Source of the DNA: Bacteroidota bacterium
GTDB taxonomy: Bacteria; Bacteroidota; Bacteroidia; JABEUT01
Reading direction: 5' to 3'
Assembly: GCA_013285655.1 (NCBI GenBank)
Contig: JABDHI010000001.1
Span: 21,124 to 85,123 of the forward strand
DNA length: 64,000 bases
In this document: piece after piece, positions 36,686 through 47,344 of the stretch
How the letters are laid out: each line of letters begins with the position of its first letter
Position numbering within the stretch: position 1 is the first letter of the stretch
Program-made: the position numbers and the translations under genes
The notes under the pieces: generated by a model
What the model saw: only the letters and a program-made list of their open reading frames with translations
Database searches by the model: none
What the model was told of the DNA's origin: nothing

Positions 36686-39460
36686 ATGGAATATAACTTC
36701 GGTGAAATAGAAGCCAAATGGCACAAGAACTGGGAGCAGGAAAAAGCCTACCGGGTAGAGAATGATTTTTCGAAACCTAAGTACTATGTGCTCGATATGT
36801 TTCCGTATCCGTCTGGCGCAGGGCTGCACGTGGGGCATCCGCTGGGTTATATAGCATCCGATATTTTTGCGCGTTACAAAAGGCTGAATGGCTTTAATGT
36901 ATTACACCCTATGGGCTTCGACTCATTTGGTTTGCCGGCCGAGCAATATGCCATACAAACAGGTCAGCACCCAAAGCTTACTACCGAAATTAACAGCAAG
37001 CGCTACCGCGAACAGTTAGATAAAATATGCCTGTCGTTCGATTGGAGCAGACAGGTAGATACTACCGACCCTGCATATTACAAATGGACCCAGTGGATAT
37101 TCTTACAATTATTTAAATCGTGGTATAATACTGCTACCAATAAAGCTGAACCAATAGATAAACTGATAGCCATTTTTGAAAAAGATGGGTACAATGGTAA
37201 TCCGGTTGCAGAAGAGTTAGAGCATTTTACCGCGGCAGACTGGAAAGGATTTTCGGAAAATAAAAAATCGGATGTGTTGATGCATTTCCGCCTGGCATAC
37301 TTAGATGAAGCTATGGTAAACTGGTGCCCTAAGTTAGGCACAGTGCTTGCTAACGATGAAGTAAAAGACGGAGTATCAGAGCGTGGTGGTTACCCGGTGG
37401 AGCGTAAAAAAATGCCTCAGTGGAGTATGCGTATGACCGCTTATGCAGAACGATTACTGAATGATTTAAATACTGTTGATTGGCCTGAAAGCATTAAAGA
37501 TGCGCAACGCAACTGGATTGGAAGATCTGAGGGAACTTCCTTATCATTTAAAATTCAAAATTCAGAATTCAACATTGTGGTATTTACCACAAGGCCTGAT
37601 ACCGTATTTGGCGTAACCTTTGTTACCCTTGCACCTGAACACGAGTTGGTAAATAAAATAACTACACCTGATAAAAAAGCAGCAGTAGAAGCTTATGTGA
37701 ATGCTGCTAAAAATAAATCGGAGCGCGAAAGGCAAGCCGATGTAAAAAAGGTGAGTGGAGAATTTACCGGAGCTTATGTGTTGCATCCATTCTCGGGCAA
37801 AAAAATACCGGTATGGGTCGGCGACTATGTATTATCGGGTTATGGTACTGGGGCCGTTATGGCAGTACCTGCGCACGATTCTCGCGACCATGCTTTTGCA
37901 AAACATTTTGGTTTAGATATTCCGCAGGTGGTTGAAGCCCCCGCAGGTTTCGACTTTAGCAAAGAAAGCTACGATGCCAAAGAAGGCAAGATCATCAACT
38001 CCGATTTTTTGAACGGGCTTGATGTAAAAGAAGCCGTAAAAAAAGCCATTGCCGAAATAGAAAAGCGTGGCATAGGAAAAGGCAAAGTAAATTTCCGTTT
38101 GCGCGATGCAGCTTTTGGCCGTCAGCGTTACTGGGGCGAACCGATTCCAATCTACTACAAAGATGGCATACCTACTCCGCTTAGCGAAACTGAGTTACCA
38201 TTGGTATTACCTGAGATCGATAAATTTCAACCTACTGAAACAGGTGAGCCGCCATTAGCACGTGCTACCGATTGGAAATATAAGGGCCAATATAATTACG
38301 AGTACACCACCATGCCAGGCTGGGCAGGCAGTTCTTGGTACTACTTGCGTTACATGGACCCGAAGAACGATAAAGAATTTGCATCGAAAGAAGCGATACA
38401 ATATTGGCAGAATATTGATCTATATGTAGGCGGTGCAGAACATGCCACAGGCCACTTAATATATTTCCGTTTCTGGACCAAATTTTTAAACGACTACGGT
38501 TACTTGCCTTTTGTTGAGCCTGCTAAAAAGCTGGTAAACCAGGGAATGATACAGGGTGTATCTTCATTTGCGTACTATAAAAAAGATGGCGAGAAATTCA
38601 TTTTCATATCTGCTGATAAGGTCAATAAAGACGAACAACTGCAAAGTGCACGTGTAGATATTAATTTGGTAAAAGATGGTGCACTGAACATTGAAGGCTT
38701 TAAAAAGTGGAGGCCTGAATATGCTGATGCTACGTTTGAATCGAATGGCAATTTTATGTGCTACACCGAAGTTGAGAAAATGTCGAAATCGAAGTGGAAT
38801 GTGGTTAGCCCAGATGAGGTGATAGAGCAATTTGGTGCCGATACCTTACGCATGTACGAAATGTTTTTGGGACCAATTGAGTTGAGCAAACCATGGAGCA
38901 CACAAGGTATTAGTGGTGTGCATGGCTTTTTAAAGAAATTGTGGAGAGTATTTTATAACGATAAGGGCTTTGCATTGATCAACGATAAAGCTACTCCGCA
39001 GGAATTGAAAGTATTGCACCGCACCATTAAAAAAGTGAAAGAAGATATAGAGCGCCTTTCGTTCAATACATCGGTAAGTGCATTTATGATATGCCTGAAT
39101 GAGCTGAATGAATTGAAATGCAACAAGCGCGAAATAATGGAACCCTTGCTGGTTATACTATCTCCGTTTGCACCATTCATTACAGAAGAATTATGGAGAA
39201 ATGCATTAGGCCATAAAGATTCCATTTTGCATACCAAGTTCCCCGTATACAACGAAGAATATTTGAAAGAGAACACCTTCTCGTACCCGGTTTCATTTAA
39301 CGGTAAAACCCGCTTTATGCTGGAACTGCCATCTACCTTAACCAAAGAACAAATAGAGAAAGAAGTACTTGCCAACGAAGGCACTAAAAAATGGCTGAAC
39401 GATGCTGCTATAAAGAAGATAATTGTGGTGCCGAATAAGATTGTGAATGTTGTGATTTAA
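36686..39460 (+). CDS. leuS: Leucyl-tRNA synthetase
   Basis: MFPYPSGAGLHVGH, editing domain TTRPDT, KMSKS. Confidence 0.98.
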   Translation: MEYNFGEIEAKWHKNWEQEKAYRVENDFSKPKYYVLDMFPYPSGAGLHVGHPLGYIASDIFARYKRLNGFNVLHPMGFDSFGLPAEQYAIQTGQHPKLTTEINSKRYREQLDKICLSFDWSRQVDTTDPAYYKWTQWIFLQLFKSWYNTATNKAEPIDKLIAIFEKDGYNGNPVAEELEHFTAADWKGFSENKKSDVLMHFRLAYLDEAMVNWCPKLGTVLANDEVKDGVSERGGYPVERKKMPQWSMRMTAYAERLLNDLNTVDWPESIKDAQRNWIGRSEGTSLSFKIQNSEFNIVVFTTRPDTVFGVTFVTLAPEHELVNKITTPDKKAAVEAYVNAAKNKSERERQADVKKVSGEFTGAYVLHPFSGKKIPVWVGDYVLSGYGTGAVMAVPAHDSRDHAFAKHFGLDIPQVVEAPAGFDFSKESYDAKEGKIINSDFLNGLDVKEAVKKAIAEIEKRGIGKGKVNFRLRDAAFGRQRYWGEPIPIYYKDGIPTPLSETELPLVLPEIDKFQPTETGEPPLARATDWKYKGQYNYEYTTMPGWAGSSWYYLRYMDPKNDKEFASKEAIQYWQNIDLYVGGAEHATGHLIYFRFWTKFLNDYGYLPFVEPAKKLVNQGMIQGVSSFAYYKKDGEKFIFISADKVNKDEQLQSARVDINLVKDGALNIEGFKKWRPEYADATFESNGNFMCYTEVEKMSKSKWNVVSPDEVIEQFGADTLRMYEMFLGPIELSKPWSTQGISGVHGFLKKLWRVFYNDKGFALINDKATPQELKVLHRTIKKVKEDIERLSFNTSVSAFMICLNELNELKCNKREIMEPLLVILSPFAPFITEELWRNALGHKDSILHTKFPVYNEEYLKENTFSYPVSFNGKTRFMLELPSTLTKEQIEKEVLANEGTKKWLNDAAIKKIIVVPNKIVNVVI

Positions 39461-39493
39461 ATTACCGACACGAATTTCACGAATTATTATAAA

Positions 39494-39665
39494 GAGCCTG
39501 AAGGGCTCCAATATTAATAGCCATGGGTGAAGCCCGTGGTAAATAGCACAACCAATTTTAAAGCCCTATCAGGGCGATATATTCAACCCTTACAGGGTTG
39601 TAATTTTGTTTATCATAAACCACGGGTTTCACCCGTGGCTACAAATATTTAACCCCGACGGGGTT
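39494..39665. repeat. REPIN-like nested palindromic element
   Basis: agccatgggtgaagcccgtggt / accacgggtttcacccgtggct (2 mismatches) flanked by CCCTNNNAGGG-type hairpins. Confidence 0.85.
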
Positions 39666-39680
39666 TGCATTTATTTTCAC

Positions 39681-39815
39681 TTGCCGTCTGCTTTAGCTGA
39701 CGGGAAAAGCACATCAACAAAATAAATGGCTTTAGCCTAAAACAACGTCGCCTTTAGGGCTAAAGCCCAAAATCTGTTTCTACTTTTAAAGCCCGTCAGC
39801 TAAAGCAGACGGCAA
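39681..39815. repeat. MITE/REPIN-like element with perfect 24-bp terminal inverted repeats
   Basis: ttgccgtctgctttagctgacggg (39681-704) / cccgtcagctaaagcagacggcaa (39792-815); inner ggctttagcc/ggctaaagcc. Confidence 0.9.
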
Positions 39816-39903
39816 TACAAACAGCCATCCCCACCAACAATCCCATGTTGATATTTAACATATTTTATGACTAATTGTACCTGTTTTCAGTAGGCAAATA
39901 AGG

Positions 39904-39911
39904 TATCTTTG
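39904..39911 (+). promoter_or_regulatory. -7 promoter element for prc
   Basis: TATCTTTG 7 nt before ATG. Confidence 0.7.
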
Positions 39912-39918
39912 CTTTACT

Positions 39919-42114
39919 ATGAAAAGAATAATCAGCTTCATGAACAGAACCCGTATCTCCTTATACCTGTTGCTTGCCGTTACAGCAACTTTACTCATTT
40001 GTGCAGTTTGTCGCCAACCTGCAGGTGTAGGAGATAAAAGAAAAGCCTCCCTCGATTTAATGATGTCAGGCTTAAAGAATATGCACTATAGTCCCATAAT
40101 GGCAGATGATACCTTATCGGCACGTGTATATAAGATATACCTCAAGCGTCTCGATAGTAAAGATTTCTTTACCAAAGGCGATATGAAAGAAATACAGAAG
40201 TATGAATACAAACTTGGTGAAGAGATCAATCAAGGCTCGTTTGAATTCTACGATATGGTTAACGGCCTTTACCTTAAGCGCAGAGCCGAAGACTCAACCT
40301 TTACCAAAAGCTTCCTGGCCAACCCCATCAACTTTAGTGTGAACGAAAGCGTACAGCTCGACCCCATGAAGATGGAATACCCGAAGGATACTGCTGAACT
40401 TCATGATGAATGGAGGCGTTTTTTAAAATACCAGGTATTGGTTAATTTAACTGAGGCTCTTAATAATCAAGAGAAAGCCAAGGAAAAGAATGACACCACC
40501 GTTAAAATAAAAACCTTTGCTGAGAACGAAAGCGATGCCCGCAAAAAAGTATTATCGAACAGCCATAAAGCATGGGCAGCTGTGGCTAAAGAAACTGAAC
40601 AGGAACGTTTGGCTTTCTTTTTAGATTGTATTGCCAATGCATTCGATCCGCATACCGAGTACTTTGCACCTAAGGACAGGAAGAACTTCGATATACAGAT
40701 GTCGGGCCAGTTAGAAGGTATTGGTGCGCAATTACAAGATAAGAATGGCAACATTACCATTGCCCGTGTAGTACCCGGTAGCCCTACCTGGAAGAACGGA
40801 GAAATAAAAGAAGGCGATGTTATTATTAAAGTAGCGCAAGCTACCGGAGACCCTGTTGATGTGCAGGGCATGGCTATTGATGATGCCATTCAACTTATAC
40901 GCGGTAAAAAAGGAACCATAGTAAGGCTCACTATTAAAAAGCCTGATAATTCTACCAAGGTAGTTGTATTGGTGCGCGATGTTATTAACCTGGATGATAC
41001 CTATGCCCACGATGCTATTATTGAAGAAGGTGGCAAAAAGATGGGTTATATACGCTTACCTGAATTCTACACCAATTATGATGGTACCGGTTCACACACT
41101 TGTTACCAGGACGTAAAAGTATTAGTAAAGGAATTGAACGCTGCTGGTGTGCAAGGCATAGTAATGGATCTTCGTGATAATGGCGGAGGATCATTACAAG
41201 ATGTTGTGAAAATGGTTGGCCTGTTTATTAATGCCGGCCCTATTGTGCAAGTTAAAGGCCACGAAGGTGTTCAAACCATGGCCGATAATGATACTTCTGT
41301 TGCTTACCGCGGACCATTAGTAGTAATGGTTAACGGTGGTAGTGCATCAGCATCTGAAATATTTGCAGCAGCTATACAAGATTACAAGCGTGGTATCATC
41401 ATGGGTTCATTAACCTATGGCAAAGGCACGGTTCAACAAATGTTTAACCTCGATGATTATATTAACCCACAATATAAAGACTTGACTCCGCTGGGTTCAA
41501 TTAAAATAACCATCAGTAAGTTTTACAGAATAAATGGCGGTACCACCCAAAAAGATGGTGTTACACCGGATATACCGGTACCTGATCCTTACCAATATTT
41601 GTACCCTAGAGAAAAGGATGAAGACTGCCCGATAGTATCTGACAAAATTCAACCGGCACCTTATGCAATTTGGAGCGATGCACCTGCAACACAAAAACTG
41701 CAAAGCGATTATGTAACGCGTACCGAGAATGATTCAATCATTCAACTGATGCATGATGAAGCCCTTGCTAATAAGAAGAGGCGTGATGAAACCATGTATT
41801 CGCTGAACATTGATGAGTTCCGCAAACGCGAAAAGACAAACCTGGCTCTGGACAAAAAATTCGAAGTAATAACTAAGCCACTGAGCTTTGCTAAAGTGCT
41901 GGGCCCTGACGGCGCTGCACCTGCTAAAACAGTAGATGTTACCCCTACCCCGGCAGTAACGAGCAACAGCTATTCTATTTACGCTATTGGCGATGAGGCC
42001 AAGAAGATGAAGGCTGATACCTCGGAAACCAAAACAGAAAATGTTAGGTTGAGGCAGATAACAAAAGACTACGAACTATACCAGGCCACACTGGTGCTTA
42101 ACGAGATGAAGTAA
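39919..42114 (+). CDS. prc: Carboxy-terminal processing protease (S41A, Prc/Tsp type)
   Basis: DPHTEYF, PDZ GIGAQL, DLRDNGGG, SASASEI, GKGTVQ. Confidence 0.9.
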   Translation: MKRIISFMNRTRISLYLLLAVTATLLICAVCRQPAGVGDKRKASLDLMMSGLKNMHYSPIMADDTLSARVYKIYLKRLDSKDFFTKGDMKEIQKYEYKLGEEINQGSFEFYDMVNGLYLKRRAEDSTFTKSFLANPINFSVNESVQLDPMKMEYPKDTAELHDEWRRFLKYQVLVNLTEALNNQEKAKEKNDTTVKIKTFAENESDARKKVLSNSHKAWAAVAKETEQERLAFFLDCIANAFDPHTEYFAPKDRKNFDIQMSGQLEGIGAQLQDKNGNITIARVVPGSPTWKNGEIKEGDVIIKVAQATGDPVDVQGMAIDDAIQLIRGKKGTIVRLTIKKPDNSTKVVVLVRDVINLDDTYAHDAIIEEGGKKMGYIRLPEFYTNYDGTGSHTCYQDVKVLVKELNAAGVQGIVMDLRDNGGGSLQDVVKMVGLFINAGPIVQVKGHEGVQTMADNDTSVAYRGPLVVMVNGGSASASEIFAAAIQDYKRGIIMGSLTYGKGTVQQMFNLDDYINPQYKDLTPLGSIKITISKFYRINGGTTQKDGVTPDIPVPDPYQYLYPREKDEDCPIVSDKIQPAPYAIWSDAPATQKLQSDYVTRTENDSIIQLMHDEALANKKRRDETMYSLNIDEFRKREKTNLALDKKFEVITKPLSFAKVLGPDGAAPAKTVDVTPTPAVTSNSYSIYAIGDEAKKMKADTSETKTENVRLRQITKDYELYQATLVLNEMK

Positions 42115-42147
42115 ATTTGCAAACAAAATTAGTCCGCTGTTAGTTTT

Positions 42148-44079
42148 ATGGTAAACATTCCTCTTTACTGTAAGTTATTGTTCCAGCGTTTGCTGTTGTT
42201 ACTGATACCCTACCAACTGTGTAGGGTATTCTTCTATGTGTACAACCATAATTACTTTGCCGATGTAACCACGCACCAGTTTCTTTACTATTGTTTTATT
42301 GGCCTCAGGTTCGATGTTCCGGCTATAATAATGACCAACCTTCCGTTTATTTTTTTAAGCCTGTTACCTTTTGGCGGGCCCGATAGTATTTATCGTAAAG
42401 TGGTTCTAAAAACGGTATTTATGGTAATAAACAGCCTTGCCATTTTCATGCAGTTTGGCGATTCTGTTTTTCTGCCTTTTGTTTACAAACGCTCTACGGC
42501 CGACATATTTAAGTTCCTCAGCCTGGGTAGCGATTCGGCCGATGTGATGCCAAGCGTGGTTAAAGATTATTGGTTCATATTGGTTTATTGGGGATTGATG
42601 ATGTTGCTTACTTACGGGCTTTATGTACTTACGGAAAGAAAGCGTCCATTCGAAAATACACGACACTATGTTGCTACTTCATTATCATACAACATTGTGT
42701 TATTAGGTATTTTGTTATTAGGCTTTAGGGGCGGCTGGCAGGCAAGGCCATTAACATTGAGCGATGCAGCTTTCTACGCTCCGGTGCACGATATCCCGTT
42801 GGTTATAAATTCACCATTTAGCATTCTAAAAACACTAGGCGTGCCACCGCTTAAAGAAAAAAAATATTTCGCCCCTGCTGCACTGCAAAAAATATACTCG
42901 CCTTATAAAGTGCCTACAAGCGGCGATTTTAAGAAGTATAACGTAGTTACTATTATACTCGAAAGCTTCTCGAAAGAATATATTGGCGCCCTCAACAACA
43001 GACACAGAACAAATACTCCTTTCCTCGATTCGCTCATTTCGCAATCGCTTACTTTCGATAATGCATTCTCTGACGGAAAAAAATCAATTGAAGGTATACC
43101 ATCGGTAACGGCCGGACTACCGACCTGGATGGACGAGCCTTTTATAATATCTGACTATAGTAAGGACAGTACAAACTCCTTAGCCGGTTTATTAGGCGAA
43201 GTGGGCTACACTACTGCATTCTTCCATGGCGGAAGTAACGGCACCATGGGCTTTACCGGTTATTGCAAAAAAGCAGGTTTTAAATATTACTATGGCCGCA
43301 CAGAATACAACAACGATAAAGACTGCGAAACGTGGGGCATTTGGGATGAACCTTTCTTTCAATACTTTGCTAAGAATTTAGATACCCTGCACAAACCATT
43401 CTACTCAGCCATATTCTCGCTTTCCTCACATCACCCATTCCTAATACCTGATAAGTACAAGAATCAGTTTCCGCGCAAGGGCAAGGAAATGGAGATATTG
43501 AAGTGCGTACGCTATAGCGATATGGCTTTAAAAGAGTTCTTTAAAACAGCATCGCAAAAGCGTTGGTTTGATAGTACTTTGTTTGTATTGGTGGCAGACC
43601 ATGCCGGCCCAAGTGAGGACCCTTATTATTCGAACCGGGTGGGCATGTATGAACTGCCTATAATATTTTACATGCCGCATTCAAACCTGAAAGGCATATC
43701 GCACACCACCATGCAGCAGATAGATATTATGCCAACTATATTGGGTTACTTGCACTACCCACATCCTTACTTTGCCTTTGGCAACAATGCTTTCGACTCG
43801 AGCGCCAATCACTTTGCGGTTAACTATATAAACGATGTGTATGAGGTGTGTCAAAACCCATATTGCCTACAGGTAGAAGGTAGCCGTGGTACCTACTTAT
43901 ATAATTACCAAAAGGATAGTATGCTTACCCACGATCTATCAAAATCAAAACCACACCTACGCGATTCGTTAGCTACTTTATTAAAGGCAGTTATACAGAC
44001 CTACAACTCTTCGGTAATCAATAACGTGCTATACATAAAAAAGGGAGCCTCACCGGCCCCCTCAGTTTCAATAAAATAA
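42148..44079 (+). CDS. LTA synthase / sulfatase family membrane protein
   Basis: N-terminal TM bundle, IILESFS, LSSHHPF, VADH, QIDIMPT. Confidence 0.9.
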   Translation: MVNIPLYCKLLFQRLLLLLIPYQLCRVFFYVYNHNYFADVTTHQFLYYCFIGLRFDVPAIIMTNLPFIFLSLLPFGGPDSIYRKVVLKTVFMVINSLAIFMQFGDSVFLPFVYKRSTADIFKFLSLGSDSADVMPSVVKDYWFILVYWGLMMLLTYGLYVLTERKRPFENTRHYVATSLSYNIVLLGILLLGFRGGWQARPLTLSDAAFYAPVHDIPLVINSPFSILKTLGVPPLKEKKYFAPAALQKIYSPYKVPTSGDFKKYNVVTIILESFSKEYIGALNNRHRTNTPFLDSLISQSLTFDNAFSDGKKSIEGIPSVTAGLPTWMDEPFIISDYSKDSTNSLAGLLGEVGYTTAFFHGGSNGTMGFTGYCKKAGFKYYYGRTEYNNDKDCETWGIWDEPFFQYFAKNLDTLHKPFYSAIFSLSSHHPFLIPDKYKNQFPRKGKEMEILKCVRYSDMALKEFFKTASQKRWFDSTLFVLVADHAGPSEDPYYSNRVGMYELPIIFYMPHSNLKGISHTTMQQIDIMPTILGYLHYPHPYFAFGNNAFDSSANHFAVNYINDVYEVCQNPYCLQVEGSRGTYLYNYQKDSMLTHDLSKSKPHLRDSLATLLKAVIQTYNSSVINNVLYIKKGASPAPSVSIK

Positions 44080-44089
44080 GCTTTACTGA

Positions 44090-44278
44090 TTATTTCTTGT
44101 GATCATCTTTGTGCTCATCCTTATGGTCGTGACCACGGTGATGATGATGATGTTTCTTAGCATCGTGATGCTCATCATGATGTTCAGCACGCGCTTGTTC
44201 TTCATGGTGTGGAGCTTCTTGTGCTATAAGGTTTCCGGCAAAGGCCAGAACTACGGCTAATACTAGGATCTTTTTCAT
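44090..44278 (-). CDS. Small secreted His-rich protein
   Basis: Signal peptide MKKILVLAVVLAFAGNLIA, then 43 residues with 15 His. Confidence 0.8.
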   Translation of the reverse strand: MKKILVLAVVLAFAGNLIAQEAPHHEEQARAEHHDEHHDAKKHHHHHRGHDHKDEHKDDHKK

Positions 44279-44341
44279 GGCAATTTATGTTTTGATTGTT
44301 GATGTAAAGGTATAGCTTTAAAATGAAGATAGTATGAGGAA

Positions 44342-46765
44342 TTATTTTGTCCTCACTACAGCACCCGCTTTTTCTTCGTATACCTTAACCAACTTCTCCA
44401 TCACCTTGTCAATTTCCTTATCGGTAAGTGTCTTGTGTTCGCTTTGCAATAGGAAACGTAGGGCATATGATTTCTTGCCCTGCTCTACCTTATCGCCCAT
44501 ATACACGTCGAATACAGAAACCTCTTTCAGCAATTCCTTTTCAACCTGGTAAGCCAGTTGCCGTAATTGTGCAAACTGCACATTCTTTTCTATTACCAAG
44601 GCAAGGTCTCGCGATACTAGTGGGAACCTTACTATTTCTTTTATCTGGCGTTTAGCAGATGCCAGGCTTAAAATATTTTTCCAGTTAAAGTCGGCGTAAT
44701 ATACTTCACCCTTTACATCATGGTTCTTGAGTTCAGTGTTACTCACTTCGCCATAGCTTACCAATACCTTACCCTTGTGTGTAACGGTTAGTCCGTTTGC
44801 AAAAGAAACATCATCATCACTGTTCTTTTCTTCAAGCGATATACGCCCTACTATCTTTTCTAATACTTGATTTACGAATCCTTTCAGGTAATAAAAATCA
44901 ACTTTCTGTTGCTTTGCATTCCACGATTCGGCCGCCTTGTTTCCGCATATCCATACCGATAAATGTTCAGTTTCTGAAAATCCTTTTTCAGTTTTGGTAT
45001 AGGTACGGCCAAATTCAAACAATTTCAAATCTCCCCATTGGTTATTCTGGTTGCGGTTAATACAAACCAAGCCATTATTAAGCATAGCCTTGCGCAATAC
45101 ATCCAGGTCGGAACTTAGTGGATTAGCCAACTTAACTACGGATGAATCCATACCAAAACGCGATGATGTAAGCGATGTATTCATAACCTCGGTAAAACCA
45201 TTACCGGTTAACATCAAACTAATTTCATCGAATACTTTATCTGCTCGTATGCCCTTGCTGTGCACCATTGGGAGTTTAATCGTATTCGGCACTGGTATGT
45301 TGTTGTATCCGTAAAAACGTGCTATCTCCTCTACAATATCAGCTTGCGTGGTAATATCCATACGGTAAGTAGGCAGCGATAATTTCCAGTTGCCACCATT
45401 CTTAGCCATGATATTAATACCCACATTCAGAATGATGTTCTCCATTTCCTGGTCGTTCACATCATGGCCCAATAATTTTCTTCCAAATGCGGTCGAAAAA
45501 TCCAAATGTCTTTCTTCGGCATTTACAGGGTATACATCTTGCTCAGCCGAAACAGTTGCGCCGGGACATAATTCCAGCACAAGGCCTGCCGCGCGACGCA
45601 TAGCGTATGGTACATTGCCAATATCAACTCCACGTTCGAAACGGAAAGAAGCATCGGTATGCAGGCCAAAACGGCGTGCTGTTTTACGAACATGCGATGG
45701 CTCAAAGTATGCACTTTCAATAAATACCCGTGTTGTGTTTTCACTCACCCCTGATTCTATTCCGCCATACACACCGGCAATACACATGGTATTGCTATCG
45801 TTGCAAATCATCAGGTCGTCGGCATGCAGTCTGCGTTCAGTCCCGTCGAGCGTAACAATGGTCTCGCCAGCTTTGGCTTTACGCACTACTACTTTATTAC
45901 CTTTTATTTTATCCGCATCAAAAGCATGCAGGGGTTGGCCCGTTTCGTGCAATACGTAATTGGTAATATCTACCATGTTGTTGATAGAACGAATACCAAT
46001 AGCACCCAACGCATCTTTCAACCATTGTGGTGATTCAGCCACTTTAATTCCGTTTATAGTAACGCCGCAATATCTTTTACAGGCATCAGGGTTTTGCAGG
46101 TCAATAGTAATATCTGTCTTACCTGTTGAAGCATACTTGCCTGCTTCAGGTTTTGTGAGCACTAATGGCTGTGAAGGCTTAGTGCGGATATTGATCGCTG
46201 CAACCAAATCTCTAGCTGTACCCATGTGCGATATAGCATCGGCACGGTTTGGTGTAAGGCCAATTTCAAAAACAGTATCGTGATATATCTTAAAATATTC
46301 TGATGCAGGGGTTCCCACTTTGGTATCTGAAGGCAAAACCATAATACCTGCGTGTGATGCACCAAGTCCTATTTCATCTTCGGCACAAATCATCCCTTCC
46401 GATGCTTCGCCACGTATCTTGCTTTTTTTAATTTTAAATGGCTCTCCGTTATACGGGTAAAGCATAGCGCCATCGGTAGCTACTATAACTTTTAACCCAA
46501 CTGCCACATTCGATGCGCCGCAAACAATATTTAATAATGCCGGACCACCTACATCAACTGTAGTTAATGAAAGCTTATCAGCATTCGGGTGTTTTATACA
46601 AGTCTTTACTTCACCTACAACAAGGCCGTTCAACCCACCTTTTACCGATTCAAAAGCTTCTTCATGTTCCACTTCCAATCCTATTTCGGTCAGCAGTTTG
46701 CCTACCTCAGCAGGTGGCATATCAATAGCTGCATATTTCTTAAGCCAGTTGTACGATATTTTCAT
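44342..46765 (-). CDS. pheT: Phenylalanyl-tRNA synthetase beta subunit
   Basis: MKISYNWLK, tRNA-binding OB fold, TPNRAD, RFERG, FDX-ACB C-terminus. Confidence 0.98.
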   Translation of the reverse strand: MKISYNWLKKYAAIDMPPAEVGKLLTEIGLEVEHEEAFESVKGGLNGLVVGEVKTCIKHPNADKLSLTTVDVGGPALLNIVCGASNVAVGLKVIVATDGAMLYPYNGEPFKIKKSKIRGEASEGMICAEDEIGLGASHAGIMVLPSDTKVGTPASEYFKIYHDTVFEIGLTPNRADAISHMGTARDLVAAINIRTKPSQPLVLTKPEAGKYASTGKTDITIDLQNPDACKRYCGVTINGIKVAESPQWLKDALGAIGIRSINNMVDITNYVLHETGQPLHAFDADKIKGNKVVVRKAKAGETIVTLDGTERRLHADDLMICNDSNTMCIAGVYGGIESGVSENTTRVFIESAYFEPSHVRKTARRFGLHTDASFRFERGVDIGNVPYAMRRAAGLVLELCPGATVSAEQDVYPVNAEERHLDFSTAFGRKLLGHDVNDQEMENIILNVGINIMAKNGGNWKLSLPTYRMDITTQADIVEEIARFYGYNNIPVPNTIKLPMVHSKGIRADKVFDEISLMLTGNGFTEVMNTSLTSSRFGMDSSVVKLANPLSSDLDVLRKAMLNNGLVCINRNQNNQWGDLKLFEFGRTYTKTEKGFSETEHLSVWICGNKAAESWNAKQQKVDFYYLKGFVNQVLEKIVGRISLEEKNSDDDVSFANGLTVTHKGKVLVSYGEVSNTELKNHDVKGEVYYADFNWKNILSLASAKRQIKEIVRFPLVSRDLALVIEKNVQFAQLRQLAYQVEKELLKEVSVFDVYMGDKVEQGKKSYALRFLLQSEHKTLTDKEIDKVMEKLVKVYEEKAGAVVRTK

Positions 46766-46799
46766 AGCAAAATGATTTACCCTGCAAATGTAAGCGGAA

Positions 46800-47291
46800 T
46801 CAGCGTTTCTTTTTAACCTTTATTAATAAATCTGGAGCTCTAATAATGTCTGCTCCTTTAGGGTTAGGATGAGGCCTAATATAAACATCATCTATGACAA
46901 TATAATAGGTCTTGCCCACCGGAAGTTTACTCCAAATATATTTCACGAACAATGTACTCTTAATGGTATCTGAATTCGTATTGGGAATACATACTGTCTG
47001 ATGAGAAAAATTGCTATCACAAACAAAAACCAACCCTGGGTTAATTGTGTATCCTGTTAATAGCTTTCCGGTTGCCTTGACTATTACTCCAACCCTACTA
47101 ATCTTATTTGTATCAAGCATATCACCCAAAACGACGGACTTATACTTGTATTTTTTGCTATTAGCTGAATCTTCTCTATGGGTCCTTATATATTCAGATC
47201 GAAAACTAATTTGAGCATGCAAATTATTTACAAAGACTACCCATACCAATGCGCAACAGATGCTTCTAATAGTAGAAAAATGCCTCTTCAT
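46800..47291 (-). CDS. Hypothetical exported protein (orphan)
   Basis: Signal-peptide-like N-terminus; no family recognised. Confidence 0.65.
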   Translation of the reverse strand: MKRHFSTIRSICCALVWVVFVNNLHAQISFRSEYIRTHREDSANSKKYKYKSVVLGDMLDTNKISRVGVIVKATGKLLTGYTINPGLVFVCDSNFSHQTVCIPNTNSDTIKSTLFVKYIWSKLPVGKTYYIVIDDVYIRPHPNPKGADIIRAPDLLIKVKKKR

Positions 47292-47344
47292 CGCTAAATT
47301 TAAGAGTGATGATAAATAAACGACAATTTACTGATTTTTTGAAG

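Noticed and set aside
36686-39460. In-frame nuclease or intein insertion in LeuS
   Set aside because: Length and motifs are ordinary; no extra domain or splicing motifs seen.
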